Below, piece by piece: positions 21,229-30,485 of a stretch of DNA of 64,000 nucleotides (position 1 is the first letter of the stretch; the number at the start of each line of letters is the position of its first letter). The notes under the pieces are model-generated. The model searched no databases. It saw only the letters and a list, made by a program, of their open reading frames with translations, and had not been told where the DNA came from. This DNA comes from an uncultured Prevotellaceae bacterium (GTDB lineage: Bacteria; Bacteroidota; Bacteroidia; Bacteroidales; Bacteroidaceae). The stretch spans positions 4,241 to 68,240 of the forward strand of contig CAMVPA010000011.1 of assembly GCA_947169245.1 (NCBI GenBank), read 5' to 3'. The translations under genes and the position numbers were made by a program.

Positions 21229-21300
21229 ACAGGGAAGTGTGCAACATCAGATAAACAAATTCAATAATCACTCAAACTAATCAAAACAACAAAAAGAATT

Positions 21301-22104
21301 ATGGCAAATCCATTTTCACTTGAAGGCAAGAATGCCTGGATTACCGGCGCCTCTTACGGCATTGGTTTCAACATTGCTAAGGCTTTCGTGGCCGCTGGTA
21401 TTAAGAACATCATCTTCAACGACATCAACGAAGACGCACTGAAGCGCGGTCTCGACAACTACAAGGAGGCCGGCATCGACAACGTCAAGGGCTACGTCTG
21501 CGACGTCACCGACGAGAACGCCGTGAAGAACCTCGTCGCCAAGATCCACGAGGAGGTGGGTCAGATTGACATCCTGGTGAACAACGCCGGCATCATCAAG
21601 CGCATCCCCATGCACGAGATGAAGCGCGCCGAGTTCCAGCAGGTCATCGACATCGACCTCGTCGGTCCGTTCATCTGCTCCAGCGCCGTCATCCCCGAGA
21701 TGATGGAGCGCCGCGAGGGTAAGATCATTAACATCTGTTCGATGATGTCGGAGCTGGGCCGCGAGACCGTCAGCGCCTACGCCGCCGCCAAGGGTGGTCT
21801 GAAGATGCTGACCCGCAACATCTGCTCGGAGTACGGCGGATACAACATCCAGTGCAACGGCATCGGCCCGGGCTACATCGCCACACCGCAGACAGCTCCG
21901 CTACGTGAGCGTCAGGCTGACGGCAGCCGTCACCCGTTCGACTCATTCATCTGCGCCAAGACGCCTGCCGGCCGCTGGCTCGACCCGAGTGAGCTTGGCG
22001 GTCCCGCCGTGTTCCTCGCCTCGCACGCCTCTGACGCCGTGAATGGCCACGTGCTCTACGTTGACGGCGGTATTCTTGCCTATATCGGCAAACAGCCGAA
22101 GTAG
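21301..22104 (+). CDS. kduD: Gluconate 5-dehydrogenase / 2-deoxy-D-gluconate 3-dehydrogenase (SDR)
   Basis: TGASYGIG, NNAGII, YAAAKGGLKML, GIGPGYIATPQTAPLR. Confidence 0.85.
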   Translation: MANPFSLEGKNAWITGASYGIGFNIAKAFVAAGIKNIIFNDINEDALKRGLDNYKEAGIDNVKGYVCDVTDENAVKNLVAKIHEEVGQIDILVNNAGIIKRIPMHEMKRAEFQQVIDIDLVGPFICSSAVIPEMMERREGKIINICSMMSELGRETVSAYAAAKGGLKMLTRNICSEYGGYNIQCNGIGPGYIATPQTAPLRERQADGSRHPFDSFICAKTPAGRWLDPSELGGPAVFLASHASDAVNGHVLYVDGGILAYIGKQPK

Positions 22105-22167
22105 GTTGTCCCCTGCAACAACATGATGCCCGGATGTGGAATGTGACTCTTTCCACTTCCGGGCATT

Positions 22168-22210
22168 AAAAAAGAAAGGCTTCCTCAACGGGAAGCCTTC
22201 TTCATTTTTC
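22168..22210. terminator. Bidirectional intrinsic terminator between kduD and HU
   Basis: aaggcttcc-tcaacg-ggaagcctt stem flanked by A- and T-tracts between convergent genes. Confidence 0.7.
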
Positions 22211-22222
22211 TTTACAACTAAA

Positions 22223-22495
22223 TTAGTTGATTGCGTCAGCCAGCTCAGCACCAGCCTTGAATTTAGCAACCTTCTTAGCAGCGATAGTAATCTTCTGCTT
22301 GGTGGCGGGGTTGATACCCTCGCGAGCGGGGCGCTCGTTAACACTGAAAGTACCGAAACCAACAAGAGCAATCTTGTCACCAGCAACGAGAGCGTCCTTA
22401 ATAGCTGCAACAGTAGCGTCAAGAGCCTTCTTTGCGTCAACCTTAGAGATGCCAGCACCAGCTGCAATCTTCTCTACTAATTCTGTTTTGTTCAT
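22223..22495 (-). CDS. hup: DNA-binding protein HU
   Basis: MNKTELVEKIA...LVGFGTFSVNERPAREGINP...KFKAG. Confidence 0.97.
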   Translation of the reverse strand: MNKTELVEKIAAGAGISKVDAKKALDATVAAIKDALVAGDKIALVGFGTFSVNERPAREGINPATKQKITIAAKKVAKFKAGAELADAIN

Positions 22496-22751
22496 AAATG
22501 TGGTTTAAATTAAGTGATTATTTGATGTTAATAACTGTGTTACGTTAGAAATCCACCGCAAATATAGGGGAAACAATTCAGAAAAACAACAAAAAATGGG
22601 AAAATTTTGCTTTTTTATTGAAAAATAGTTGCGTAAGCCCCTGTTTTCTGCCGAAAACCAGATAATTTTCGTAATTTTGCACCCGAAAAGCTGCGCAACG
22701 TGTGTGCGGCTGATTAGTAAGAGGTTAATCGTTTAATAGTACATCGGTATA

Positions 22752-23699
22752 GTGTTTCGTAATATTCCAGTTGTAACAAAGAACCTGCTCATCATCAACG
22801 TGCTGATATTCGTGGCGACGTGGGTGCTTGAGGCACAGGGTGTCGACCTGACGGACATCGGCGGCCTGCATTATTTCATGGCCAGCCATTTCCATCTGTA
22901 TCAGTTCCTGACTTACCAGTTTCTTCACGCCAATCTGACGCACTTGTTCTTCAACATGTTTGCGTTGTGGATGTTCGGCTGTGTGGTGGAGAATGTGTGG
23001 GGACCGAAGAAGTTCCTTTTTTATTACATTTCGTGCGGCGTCGGTGCCGGTCTGATGCAGGAGATAGTGCAGTTTGCCGACTTCTACCTGCGCGTCAGTG
23101 CCCAGGAGCCTTCTGTCACTTTCCCGGAGCTTTTTGTGGTGGGTGAGCAGCTGAGCAACCAGCTGAACACATGGACGACGATAGGCGCCTCGGGAGCCGT
23201 CTACGCCATCCTGCTGGCCTTCGGCATGATATTCCCTAACGAGCGCATCTTCATCTTCCCGCTGCCGGTGCCCATCAAGGCCAAATGGTTCGTCTTGGGC
23301 TATGCCGTCATTGAGCTGGTGTCGGCTGTCAGCTCGTCGGCCGATGGCGTGGCTCACATGGCACACTTGGGCGGTATGCTCTTCGGCTTCCTCATGATAC
23401 GCTACTGGAACCGCCACCTCGACGCCCACTTCAACCGCTCCGACGGCAAGGAGTTCTTCCAACGGTGGAATAAATGGAAAACGAAAGGTTCAAGCGGCTC
23501 CGATTATTCAAGCCAGACCAGGACAGAGGGACCCACGTTCACGGCTTCGACCAACGAGGCCGACATGGAGTACAACGCCCGCAAGCGCCAGAATCAGGAG
23601 GAGATTGACGCTATTCTCGACAAGATTCGCAAGAGCGGCTACGACAGCTTGACAAAGGAAGAGAAGCGTCGCCTGTTTGACGCCAGTCAGGACCGATGA
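22752..23699 (+). CDS. Rhomboid intramembrane serine protease
   Basis: HLFFNM, GASGAVY, AHMAHLGG; C-terminal IDAILDKIRKSGYDSLT helix. Confidence 0.92.
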   Translation: MFRNIPVVTKNLLIINVLIFVATWVLEAQGVDLTDIGGLHYFMASHFHLYQFLTYQFLHANLTHLFFNMFALWMFGCVVENVWGPKKFLFYYISCGVGAGLMQEIVQFADFYLRVSAQEPSVTFPELFVVGEQLSNQLNTWTTIGASGAVYAILLAFGMIFPNERIFIFPLPVPIKAKWFVLGYAVIELVSAVSSSADGVAHMAHLGGMLFGFLMIRYWNRHLDAHFNRSDGKEFFQRWNKWKTKGSSGSDYSSQTRTEGPTFTASTNEADMEYNARKRQNQEEIDAILDKIRKSGYDSLTKEEKRRLFDASQDR

Positions 23700-24781
23700 T
23701 TAAGCAACTGAAGCAGATTACCGTCAATCTGGTGGCCGGTGCCAACGTGGCAACGGTGCTGCTGATGCTGGCGGCGGGCTATTCCGACCATATCAGTCCT
23801 GCCAGCCATCCGTGGCTGTCGCCGCTCGGCATGATCTTCCCCTTCTTCCTGGTGGTCAACCTGCTGTTCCTGCTGTTCTGGCTGCTATTCAAGTGGCGCC
23901 GGGCATGGATTCCCGTCGTGGGCTATCTCCTCGCGTATGTACCTATTTCTATATATATACCGTTGAACCGTCCGGGCGACACGTCCGAGGCGACGCTGAA
24001 GGTGGTGTCGTGGAACGTGTGCTGCTATGGCGGCAACTTCAAGTACGAGAACGGTTTTGAAATGGTGTTCGACTACCTGACGAAGCAGGATGCCGACATT
24101 GTCTGTATTCAGGAGGATGTGGACACGTGGCGGCGCTACGTGTTCCAGAAGTATCGGGAGAAGTACCCGTATAACGACACGACGCGCTTCAGCTACTCGT
24201 CGGCCTCATGGAACGGGGTGGGCATCCACAGCCGCTATCCCATACTGCGCAAGGAGCGCATCGCCTTCGAGTCGGCGTACAACGGCTCGGTGGCCTACTA
24301 CTTGAAAGTGGACGGCGACACACTCCTCATCATCAACAACCACCTGGAGGGCACCCATCTGTCGAATATTGAGCGCAACCGCTATCGCGACATGCTCAAG
24401 GGCAACATGGGGCGCGACACGGCGCGTGCTGAGTCGATGTACTTGATGGGGAAGCTGGGGCAGGCTGCCGCCCAGCGTGCGCCACAGGCTGAGGCCGTCC
24501 ATCGGTATGTGGAAAGCCACCGCCAGTATCCCATCATTGTCTGCGGCGACCTGAACGACAATCCCATCTCCTACTCCCGCCATACCATCGCCAAGGGACT
24601 CACCGACTGCTTCGTGGCCAGTGGAAACGGACTCGGTTTGTCATATAATCAGAAAGGTTTTAACTTCCGTATCGACCACGTTTTCTGTTCCGACGACTTC
24701 GTTCCCGTCAGATGCGAAATTGACGCGAAAATTGACTATAGTGACCACTATCCGCTGGTTTGTTGGCTGAAAAAACAGTAA
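23696..24781 (+). CDS. Endonuclease/exonuclease/phosphatase family protein
   Basis: N-terminal TMs; SWNV, DIVCIQE, CGDLND, RIDHVF, SDHYP. Confidence 0.92.
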   Translation: MIKQLKQITVNLVAGANVATVLLMLAAGYSDHISPASHPWLSPLGMIFPFFLVVNLLFLLFWLLFKWRRAWIPVVGYLLAYVPISIYIPLNRPGDTSEATLKVVSWNVCCYGGNFKYENGFEMVFDYLTKQDADIVCIQEDVDTWRRYVFQKYREKYPYNDTTRFSYSSASWNGVGIHSRYPILRKERIAFESAYNGSVAYYLKVDGDTLLIINNHLEGTHLSNIERNRYRDMLKGNMGRDTARAESMYLMGKLGQAAAQRAPQAEAVHRYVESHRQYPIIVCGDLNDNPISYSRHTIAKGLTDCFVASGNGLGLSYNQKGFNFRIDHVFCSDDFVPVRCEIDAKIDYSDHYPLVCWLKKQ

Positions 24782-24894
24782 AAACCTTAATTTTCGTGCG
24801 AAAAAGGCCGATAAATTTTCCCAAGTGCGGAAAAATGTCTATATTTGCAGGCTAAATTGCGCAAAGTAACGAATAAATAACATAAAAAACCAAA

Positions 24895-27800
24895 ATGCAA
24901 AACAAAGGAATTGTAAAGTTTATCGCACTGTTGCTGATACTCGTTTGCTGCTTCTACCTTTCCTTCTCGTTTGTGACGCGCCACTACGAAAGTAAGGCTG
25001 CCGCCATGGGTGAGGAGGCTGGACAGGAGTACCTCGACTCAATCAACAACGAGAAGGTTTACTTAGGAATCTACTCGCTGAAGCAGTGCCGTGAGATGGA
25101 AATCGGCCTTGGTCTTGACCTGAAGGGCGGTATGAACGTTATTCTTGAGGTGTCTGTACCTGACGTTGTCGACGTGCTCGCCGACCACAAGCAGGACGCA
25201 GCCTACAAGAAGTCGATGGAACAGGCAAAGAAAGAGGAGGAGACCAGTCAGGCCGACTTCATCTCTCTGTTCGTCAAGTATTGGAAACAGAACTCGAATG
25301 GTCGTCCCTTGGCTGCCATCTTCGCTACTCAGCAGATGAAGGGCAAGGTCAGCACACAGTCGTCCGACTCTGAGGTCGAGAGCGCTCTGCGTGCTGAGGT
25401 ACAGTCGGCTGTCGACAACTCGTTCAACGTCGTCCGTAACCGTATCGATAAGTTCGGCGTCGTTCAGCCCAACATCCAGAAGCTGGAGGGTCAGAGCGGC
25501 CGTATCATGGTGGAGATGCCTGGTATCAAGGAACCCGAGCGTGTGCGTAAGCTGCTCCAGGGCTCTGCCAACCTGGAGTTCTGGGAGACCTACAATGCCC
25601 AGGATCTCTACTCACTGTTTGTTCAGCTGAACCAGAAGTATGCCGCCTTCGCTTCGGGCGAGGTGGTTGACACTGTTGCTACCGACACCACCGCCGTTGC
25701 CGAGGCTGCTGAGGCTGCCGCCGACACCACGAAGGCTGCCGCTGGCGACCTGGCTGCCAAGCTGGCCAAGAAGGAAGCCAAGAACAGTGACGTGAAGGCC
25801 AAGGAAGAAGCCAAGAAGCAGAACCCGCTGTTCGCTGTCTTCCAGCCCATCAACCAGGGTCTGGCCATCGTCGGCTATGCTAACGCCCGCGATACCGCTG
25901 ACGTCAATAAGGTCATCTACTCTGACATCGCTGCCACTGTGCTGCCTGCTGAGTGCAAGCTGCGCTGGGGTGCCAAGCCCGAGGATTTCGGCGGTCAGAA
26001 CACCAAGGGTGATATCTTCGCCCTGTATGCTCTGAAGATCACCGAGCCTAACGGCCGTGCTCCGCTGGAGGGTGACGTCATCACCAACTCCAAGGACGAC
26101 TTCGACCAGCTGGGTCATCCCTCCGTATCGATGCAGATGAACTCTGACGGCGCCCGCCGCTGGAGCCAGATTACCAAGCAGAATGTCGGTCGTGGTGTGG
26201 CTATCGTCCTCGACGACGCCGTTTACTCGGCTCCCCGCATCCTGACACAGATTGACGGTGGTAACTCACAGATCACGGGTAACTTCACCATCGAGGACAC
26301 TAAGGACCTGGCTAACACGCTGAATTCCGGTAAGATGCCGGCTCCTACCCGCATCGTACAGGAGGAGGTCGTAGGCCCGTCACTGGGTGCACAGTCCATC
26401 AAGCAGGGTATCATCTCGTTCGTCGTGGCCTTCGTGCTGCTGATGATCTACATGATTATGCTGTACGGCTGGATTCCCGGTCTCCTCTCCGATATCGCCC
26501 TGTTGTTCAACCTGTTCTTCACACTCGGTATTCTGACGTCGTTCCAGGCTGCCCTGACGATGCCTGGTATTGCCGGTATCGTGCTGACCTTAGGTACGGC
26601 TGTGGATGCTAACGTGCTGATCTACGAGCGCACCAAGGAAGAGCTGCGCAAGGGTCTGAACGTCAAGGAAGCCATCAACAAGGGTTACTCGAACGCCTTC
26701 TCGGCTATCTTCGACTCTAACTTCACGTCGTTGATCACCGGTATCATCCTGCTCTACTTCGGTACAGGTCCCGTCAAGGGCTTCGCTACCACGTGGATCA
26801 TCGGTATCGCCGTGTCGTTCTTCACCGCTGTCTTCATGACCCGTCTGGTCTACGAGGTTCAGCTGAAGAAGGACAAGTGGACCAAGCTGAGCTTCACCAC
26901 GCCTTATTCGCGCAACCTCATGCAGAACAGCCACTTCAACTTCATGGGTGCCTATAAGACCTCATTCACCATCTGGGGCATTGCCGCCATCCTGTTCTGC
27001 ATATCGTTCGCAGTCCGTGGCCTTAGCCAGAGCATCGACTTCACCGGTGGTCGTAACTACGTGGTGACGCTCGACAAGGAGACGCCCGTTGAGGAGGTCC
27101 GTAACGTGCTGGCTGGTGCCTTTGTGAACACTATCGGTGAGAACGCAGGCAAGGAGGCTAACACCAGCGTCATCGCCCTGGGTACCGACGGCAAGACCGT
27201 TCGTATCTCTACCAACTGGGACATCGAGTCGAACAATCCCGAGGTCGACGACAAGGCAGAGGACATCCTCTACGAGTCGCTGAAGGGTGCCGGTCTGGTG
27301 AACCAGGCTAATGTTGAAGACTTCAAGAATCCTGACGTCCGTGAGGGTGGTTCTATCATCAGCTCGGCCAAGGTTGGTCCGTCGGTGGCTAAGGACATCA
27401 CCTACGGTGCTATCATCTCGGTCATCATCGCCCTGATTGCCATCTTCCTCTACATCCTGCTGCGTTTCCGCAACCTCTCCTTCTCGCTGGGCGCTACCGT
27501 CGCCCTGGCCCTCGACGCCCTCGTGGTCATCGGCTTCTACAGCGTCCTGTGGGGCTGGGTGCCCATGTCGCTCGAGATCGACCAGGTGTTCATCGGTGCC
27601 ATCCTGACGGTTATCGGTTACTCCATCAACGATAAGGTGGTGGTCTTCGACCGTATCCGTGAGAACTTCCAGCTCTTCAAGAAGCGCGACCGTCAGACGC
27701 TGTTCAACGACTCGCTGAACCAGACGCTGGCCCGTACCATCAATACCTCGGTGACGACGCTCATCGTGCTGCTGGCTATCTTCATCCTCGGTGGTGATTC

Positions 27801-27945
27801 TATCCGCAGTTTCTCGTTCGCCATGATTCTCGGTGTTGTCTTCGGTACACTGTCGTCAATCTTCATCGCCGCTCCTGTGGCTTACCTGACCATGGGTAAG
27901 ACCATCCGCGAGGATGAGCCCGCCGCCGTTGAGGAGAAGAAGTAG
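24895..27945 (+). CDS. secDF: Protein translocase subunit SecDF
   Basis: LGLDLKGG, RIDKFGV, GPSLG, DANVLIYER, IDFTGG, GYSINDKVVVFDRIRE. Confidence 0.98.
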   Translation: MQNKGIVKFIALLLILVCCFYLSFSFVTRHYESKAAAMGEEAGQEYLDSINNEKVYLGIYSLKQCREMEIGLGLDLKGGMNVILEVSVPDVVDVLADHKQDAAYKKSMEQAKKEEETSQADFISLFVKYWKQNSNGRPLAAIFATQQMKGKVSTQSSDSEVESALRAEVQSAVDNSFNVVRNRIDKFGVVQPNIQKLEGQSGRIMVEMPGIKEPERVRKLLQGSANLEFWETYNAQDLYSLFVQLNQKYAAFASGEVVDTVATDTTAVAEAAEAAADTTKAAAGDLAAKLAKKEAKNSDVKAKEEAKKQNPLFAVFQPINQGLAIVGYANARDTADVNKVIYSDIAATVLPAECKLRWGAKPEDFGGQNTKGDIFALYALKITEPNGRAPLEGDVITNSKDDFDQLGHPSVSMQMNSDGARRWSQITKQNVGRGVAIVLDDAVYSAPRILTQIDGGNSQITGNFTIEDTKDLANTLNSGKMPAPTRIVQEEVVGPSLGAQSIKQGIISFVVAFVLLMIYMIMLYGWIPGLLSDIALLFNLFFTLGILTSFQAALTMPGIAGIVLTLGTAVDANVLIYERTKEELRKGLNVKEAINKGYSNAFSAIFDSNFTSLITGIILLYFGTGPVKGFATTWIIGIAVSFFTAVFMTRLVYEVQLKKDKWTKLSFTTPYSRNLMQNSHFNFMGAYKTSFTIWGIAAILFCISFAVRGLSQSIDFTGGRNYVVTLDKETPVEEVRNVLAGAFVNTIGENAGKEANTSVIALGTDGKTVRISTNWDIESNNPEVDDKAEDILYESLKGAGLVNQANVEDFKNPDVREGGSIISSAKVGPSVAKDITYGAIISVIIALIAIFLYILLRFRNLSFSLGATVALALDALVVIGFYSVLWGWVPMSLEIDQVFIGAILTVIGYSINDKVVVFDRIRENFQLFKKRDRQTLFNDSLNQTLARTINTSVTTLIVLLAIFILGGDSIRSFSFAMILGVVFGTLSSIFIAAPVAYLTMGKTIREDEPAAVEEKK

Positions 27946-27969
27946 GAAATCCATTCCACTCCATACATG

Positions 27970-28001
27970 AAAAGAGCAGGCTCTTCAGAGCCTGCTCTTT
28001 T
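27970..28001. terminator. Bidirectional intrinsic terminator
   Basis: aaaagagcaggctc-ttca-gagcctgctctttt perfect hairpin between convergent genes. Confidence 0.85.
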
Positions 28002-28005
28002 CTTT

Positions 28006-28061
28006 TCACCACTCACTAATCACCATTCATGCTTCACTACTCACCTTTCACCACTCACCAT
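28006..28061. repeat. Degenerate heptamer tandem repeat (8 x TCAnnnn, mostly TCACnnn)
   Basis: tcaccac tcactaa tcaccat tcatgct tcactac tcacctt tcaccac tcaccat. Confidence 0.8.
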
Positions 28062-28062
28062 A

Positions 28063-28746
28063 TCAGAGGTTGAGACCCACACTGACGAAGAAACAACCGG
28101 TGTTGGCCGTGTTGAAGTCGTCGCGCTCAATGTTGGAAAGGCCGATGTCGTAGCCTAACTCAGTGTAGAGGTAGTCGTACTGTAGTCCGCAGCCTATACG
28201 CAGACCGCCGTCGAAGCGCTTGAACGCATTGTCAGCGAACGAGCTTTGCACCTTACGCTGGTTCTGCTCCCTGATTTTGCCACTGACGCCTGCTGCACAG
28301 TAGACACCCGCGAATGGCTGGATGCTGAAGTCCTGGGCGAGGGTGTGCTTATACTTCATCAGGAACGGCGCCTCCAGGTAGTTCATCGAGTAGGATGTTG
28401 TACCGTTAGGACCGCCCTTGCCACCTTTCTCTATGTAGGAGAGTCCTGTCTCCAAATAGAGTGGGGTAGCGGGAGCCACGCGCACGCCGCATGTGACACC
28501 TAAACTGAATCCCGACTTGGGCGAGTCGCCGTCCAGCGCTATGTCGTCGGCATTGATGGTCGACACCGTGGGGCCTATTCGTATTCCGAAATAGGTCAAG
28601 TCGCTTGTCAGGGAGCGTGGCGTGTAGCTGTGGTAGTTCGTGTGTCGCGGAGTAACGGAGCGGCTGTAATGACGCCTCCCATATTGTGCCATCGAGGGCA
28701 TGGCCGTCAGCACGGCCAACATTGTAATCATCATCATTCTTTTCAT
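28063..28746 (-). CDS. Small outer-membrane beta-barrel (porin/PorT-like family)
   Basis: Signal peptide MKRMMM...SMAQ; YLETGLSYIEKG, MNYLEAP, C-terminal FVSVGLNL. Confidence 0.8.
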   Translation of the reverse strand: MKRMMMITMLAVLTAMPSMAQYGRRHYSRSVTPRHTNYHSYTPRSLTSDLTYFGIRIGPTVSTINADDIALDGDSPKSGFSLGVTCGVRVAPATPLYLETGLSYIEKGGKGGPNGTTSYSMNYLEAPFLMKYKHTLAQDFSIQPFAGVYCAAGVSGKIREQNQRKVQSSFADNAFKRFDGGLRIGCGLQYDYLYTELGYDIGLSNIERDDFNTANTGCFFVSVGLNL

Positions 28747-28860
28747 CGTCGTATCGTTTTTAGAGGTTTGACGATGCAAAGATAGAACTATGGCTGCAGT
28801 CTGCCAAGTTCTCAACCCTATAATCCGGGGGTGATTCCCCTAAATATCGGGGGAGAATCC

Positions 28861-30459
28861 CTACAGACGGATGACGTCGTCGCAGAGTTTGCAGACCGCA
28901 GAACGGTGGGTGATGAAGAGAATCGTCTTATGCGGAAAGGCTGCAAACAGCCGCGAGAACAGCTCCTGCTCGGTGGCTTCGTCGAGCGAGCTGCTGATCT
29001 CGTCGAGCAGCAGGATGTCGCCGCCGTGCAGCAGTCCGCGAGCTATGGCGATGCGCTGAGCCTGTCCCTCGCTGAGTCCGCTGCCGCGCTCGCCGAGTTC
29101 CGTGTCGAGGCCCTCGGGTAGCTGTAGCACGAAGTCGGCACAGGCCGTGTGCAGCGCCTGGCGCAGCTCGTCGTCGCTGGCCTTGGGCTTGGCCAGCAGC
29201 AGGTTGTAGCGTATGGAACCGCTCATGAGCGTGTTGCCCTGCGGTACGAAGCAGATGTCGCCGCCCACGCCGACCGTGCCTTCCGTGGGCTCTATGAGCC
29301 CGAGAATCAGTCGGAACAGCGTGGTCTTGCCGATGCCGGTCTCGCCCATGATGGCGGTCTTCGAGGAGGGTGCGAAGCTATGGGTGAAGTGCGACAGTAT
29401 CATCTTGTCGCCGGTGGCGTAGCGGAACGACACTTCATTGAAGGTGATGCTATGGGGCTCATGGGGCTTATAGGCCTCATGGGGCTTATGGGGCTTATGG
29501 GGCTTCTGCGAAGTCTTCTCCAGCTCAATGAGGCGGTCGATGCTGGCCGTTGAGTGGATGACGCCCGGCACGAGATTCAGCAGTTGCAGGATTGGCTGCT
29601 GGATCATGCCCACCAGCTGCAGGAACGAGGTCATCACGCCGAAGGTGATGGTGCCGTTGCGCAGTCCGAGTCCGCCCCACACGAAGGCCAGCATGTAGCC
29701 CAGTCCGAAGGCGAAGCCCATGACCAGTCGCGTAACGGCGGTGAACCTTGTGCGCCGCATGACGTTGCCGAAGAGCCGCTGCTGCATGGAGTCGAGCCTG
29801 TCGGTCACCCACTGTTCGCTGCCCAGCGAGCGCAGCACGGCGTTGTGCTCCATGCCCTCCTGCACCTGCATCTGTATGAGGCTCTCGTCGCGCCTGATGG
29901 CGAGGGTCATCTGCCGCAGCCGCCTTGCTATGAGCTTGCCGAAGATGATGGCCACCGGCGTCAGCAGCACCAGCGCCCATGCCAGTCGTGCGTCAAACCA
30001 GCGCATGAGCAGGAAGGCGCCGCACAGCTGCAGCATGGTGACGGCCATCTGTGGCAGGGTGTCGGTGGTGGTGCCGGTGACGGCTTCAATGTCCTTGGCC
30101 AGTCGTGAGGTGACGTCGCCGGAGTGCAGCTCCTCGCCGTCGAAGAGCTGCCTGTGGAACAGGCAGCTGAAGATGCGGAGTCTCAGTGTGTTGGTCTGCC
30201 GGATGCTGGCCGAAGAGGCCATCCAGAAGCACACCTGTCGCAGCACCACGCTGCCCACGGTAATCAGTACGAGCCACAGCACCATCAGCAGCACGTCGCT
30301 GTTGGAGCCGCTATGGATGGTCTCGTCGATGAACACCCTGCATAGCCACACCGTCAGCAGCCCGAGCACCACCTGCACGGTGCCCAGCACAATGCGTACC
30401 ACCGTGTTCCAGCGGATGCCCAGTGTGCTACGCCACAGCCATGATATGTACTTCGTCAC
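28861..30459 (-). CDS. ABC transporter permease/ATP-binding fusion
   Basis: TM domain, GETGIGKT, LSEGQAQR, LLLDE, ITH; KPH repeat linker. Confidence 0.92.
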   Translation of the reverse strand: MTKYISWLWRSTLGIRWNTVVRIVLGTVQVVLGLLTVWLCRVFIDETIHSGSNSDVLLMVLWLVLITVGSVVLRQVCFWMASSASIRQTNTLRLRIFSCLFHRQLFDGEELHSGDVTSRLAKDIEAVTGTTTDTLPQMAVTMLQLCGAFLLMRWFDARLAWALVLLTPVAIIFGKLIARRLRQMTLAIRRDESLIQMQVQEGMEHNAVLRSLGSEQWVTDRLDSMQQRLFGNVMRRTRFTAVTRLVMGFAFGLGYMLAFVWGGLGLRNGTITFGVMTSFLQLVGMIQQPILQLLNLVPGVIHSTASIDRLIELEKTSQKPHKPHKPHEAYKPHEPHSITFNEVSFRYATGDKMILSHFTHSFAPSSKTAIMGETGIGKTTLFRLILGLIEPTEGTVGVGGDICFVPQGNTLMSGSIRYNLLLAKPKASDDELRQALHTACADFVLQLPEGLDTELGERGSGLSEGQAQRIAIARGLLHGGDILLLDEISSSLDEATEQELFSRLFAAFPHKTILFITHRSAVCKLCDDVIRL

Positions 30460-30485
30460 CCCACTAATTACTCATTACTAATTAC

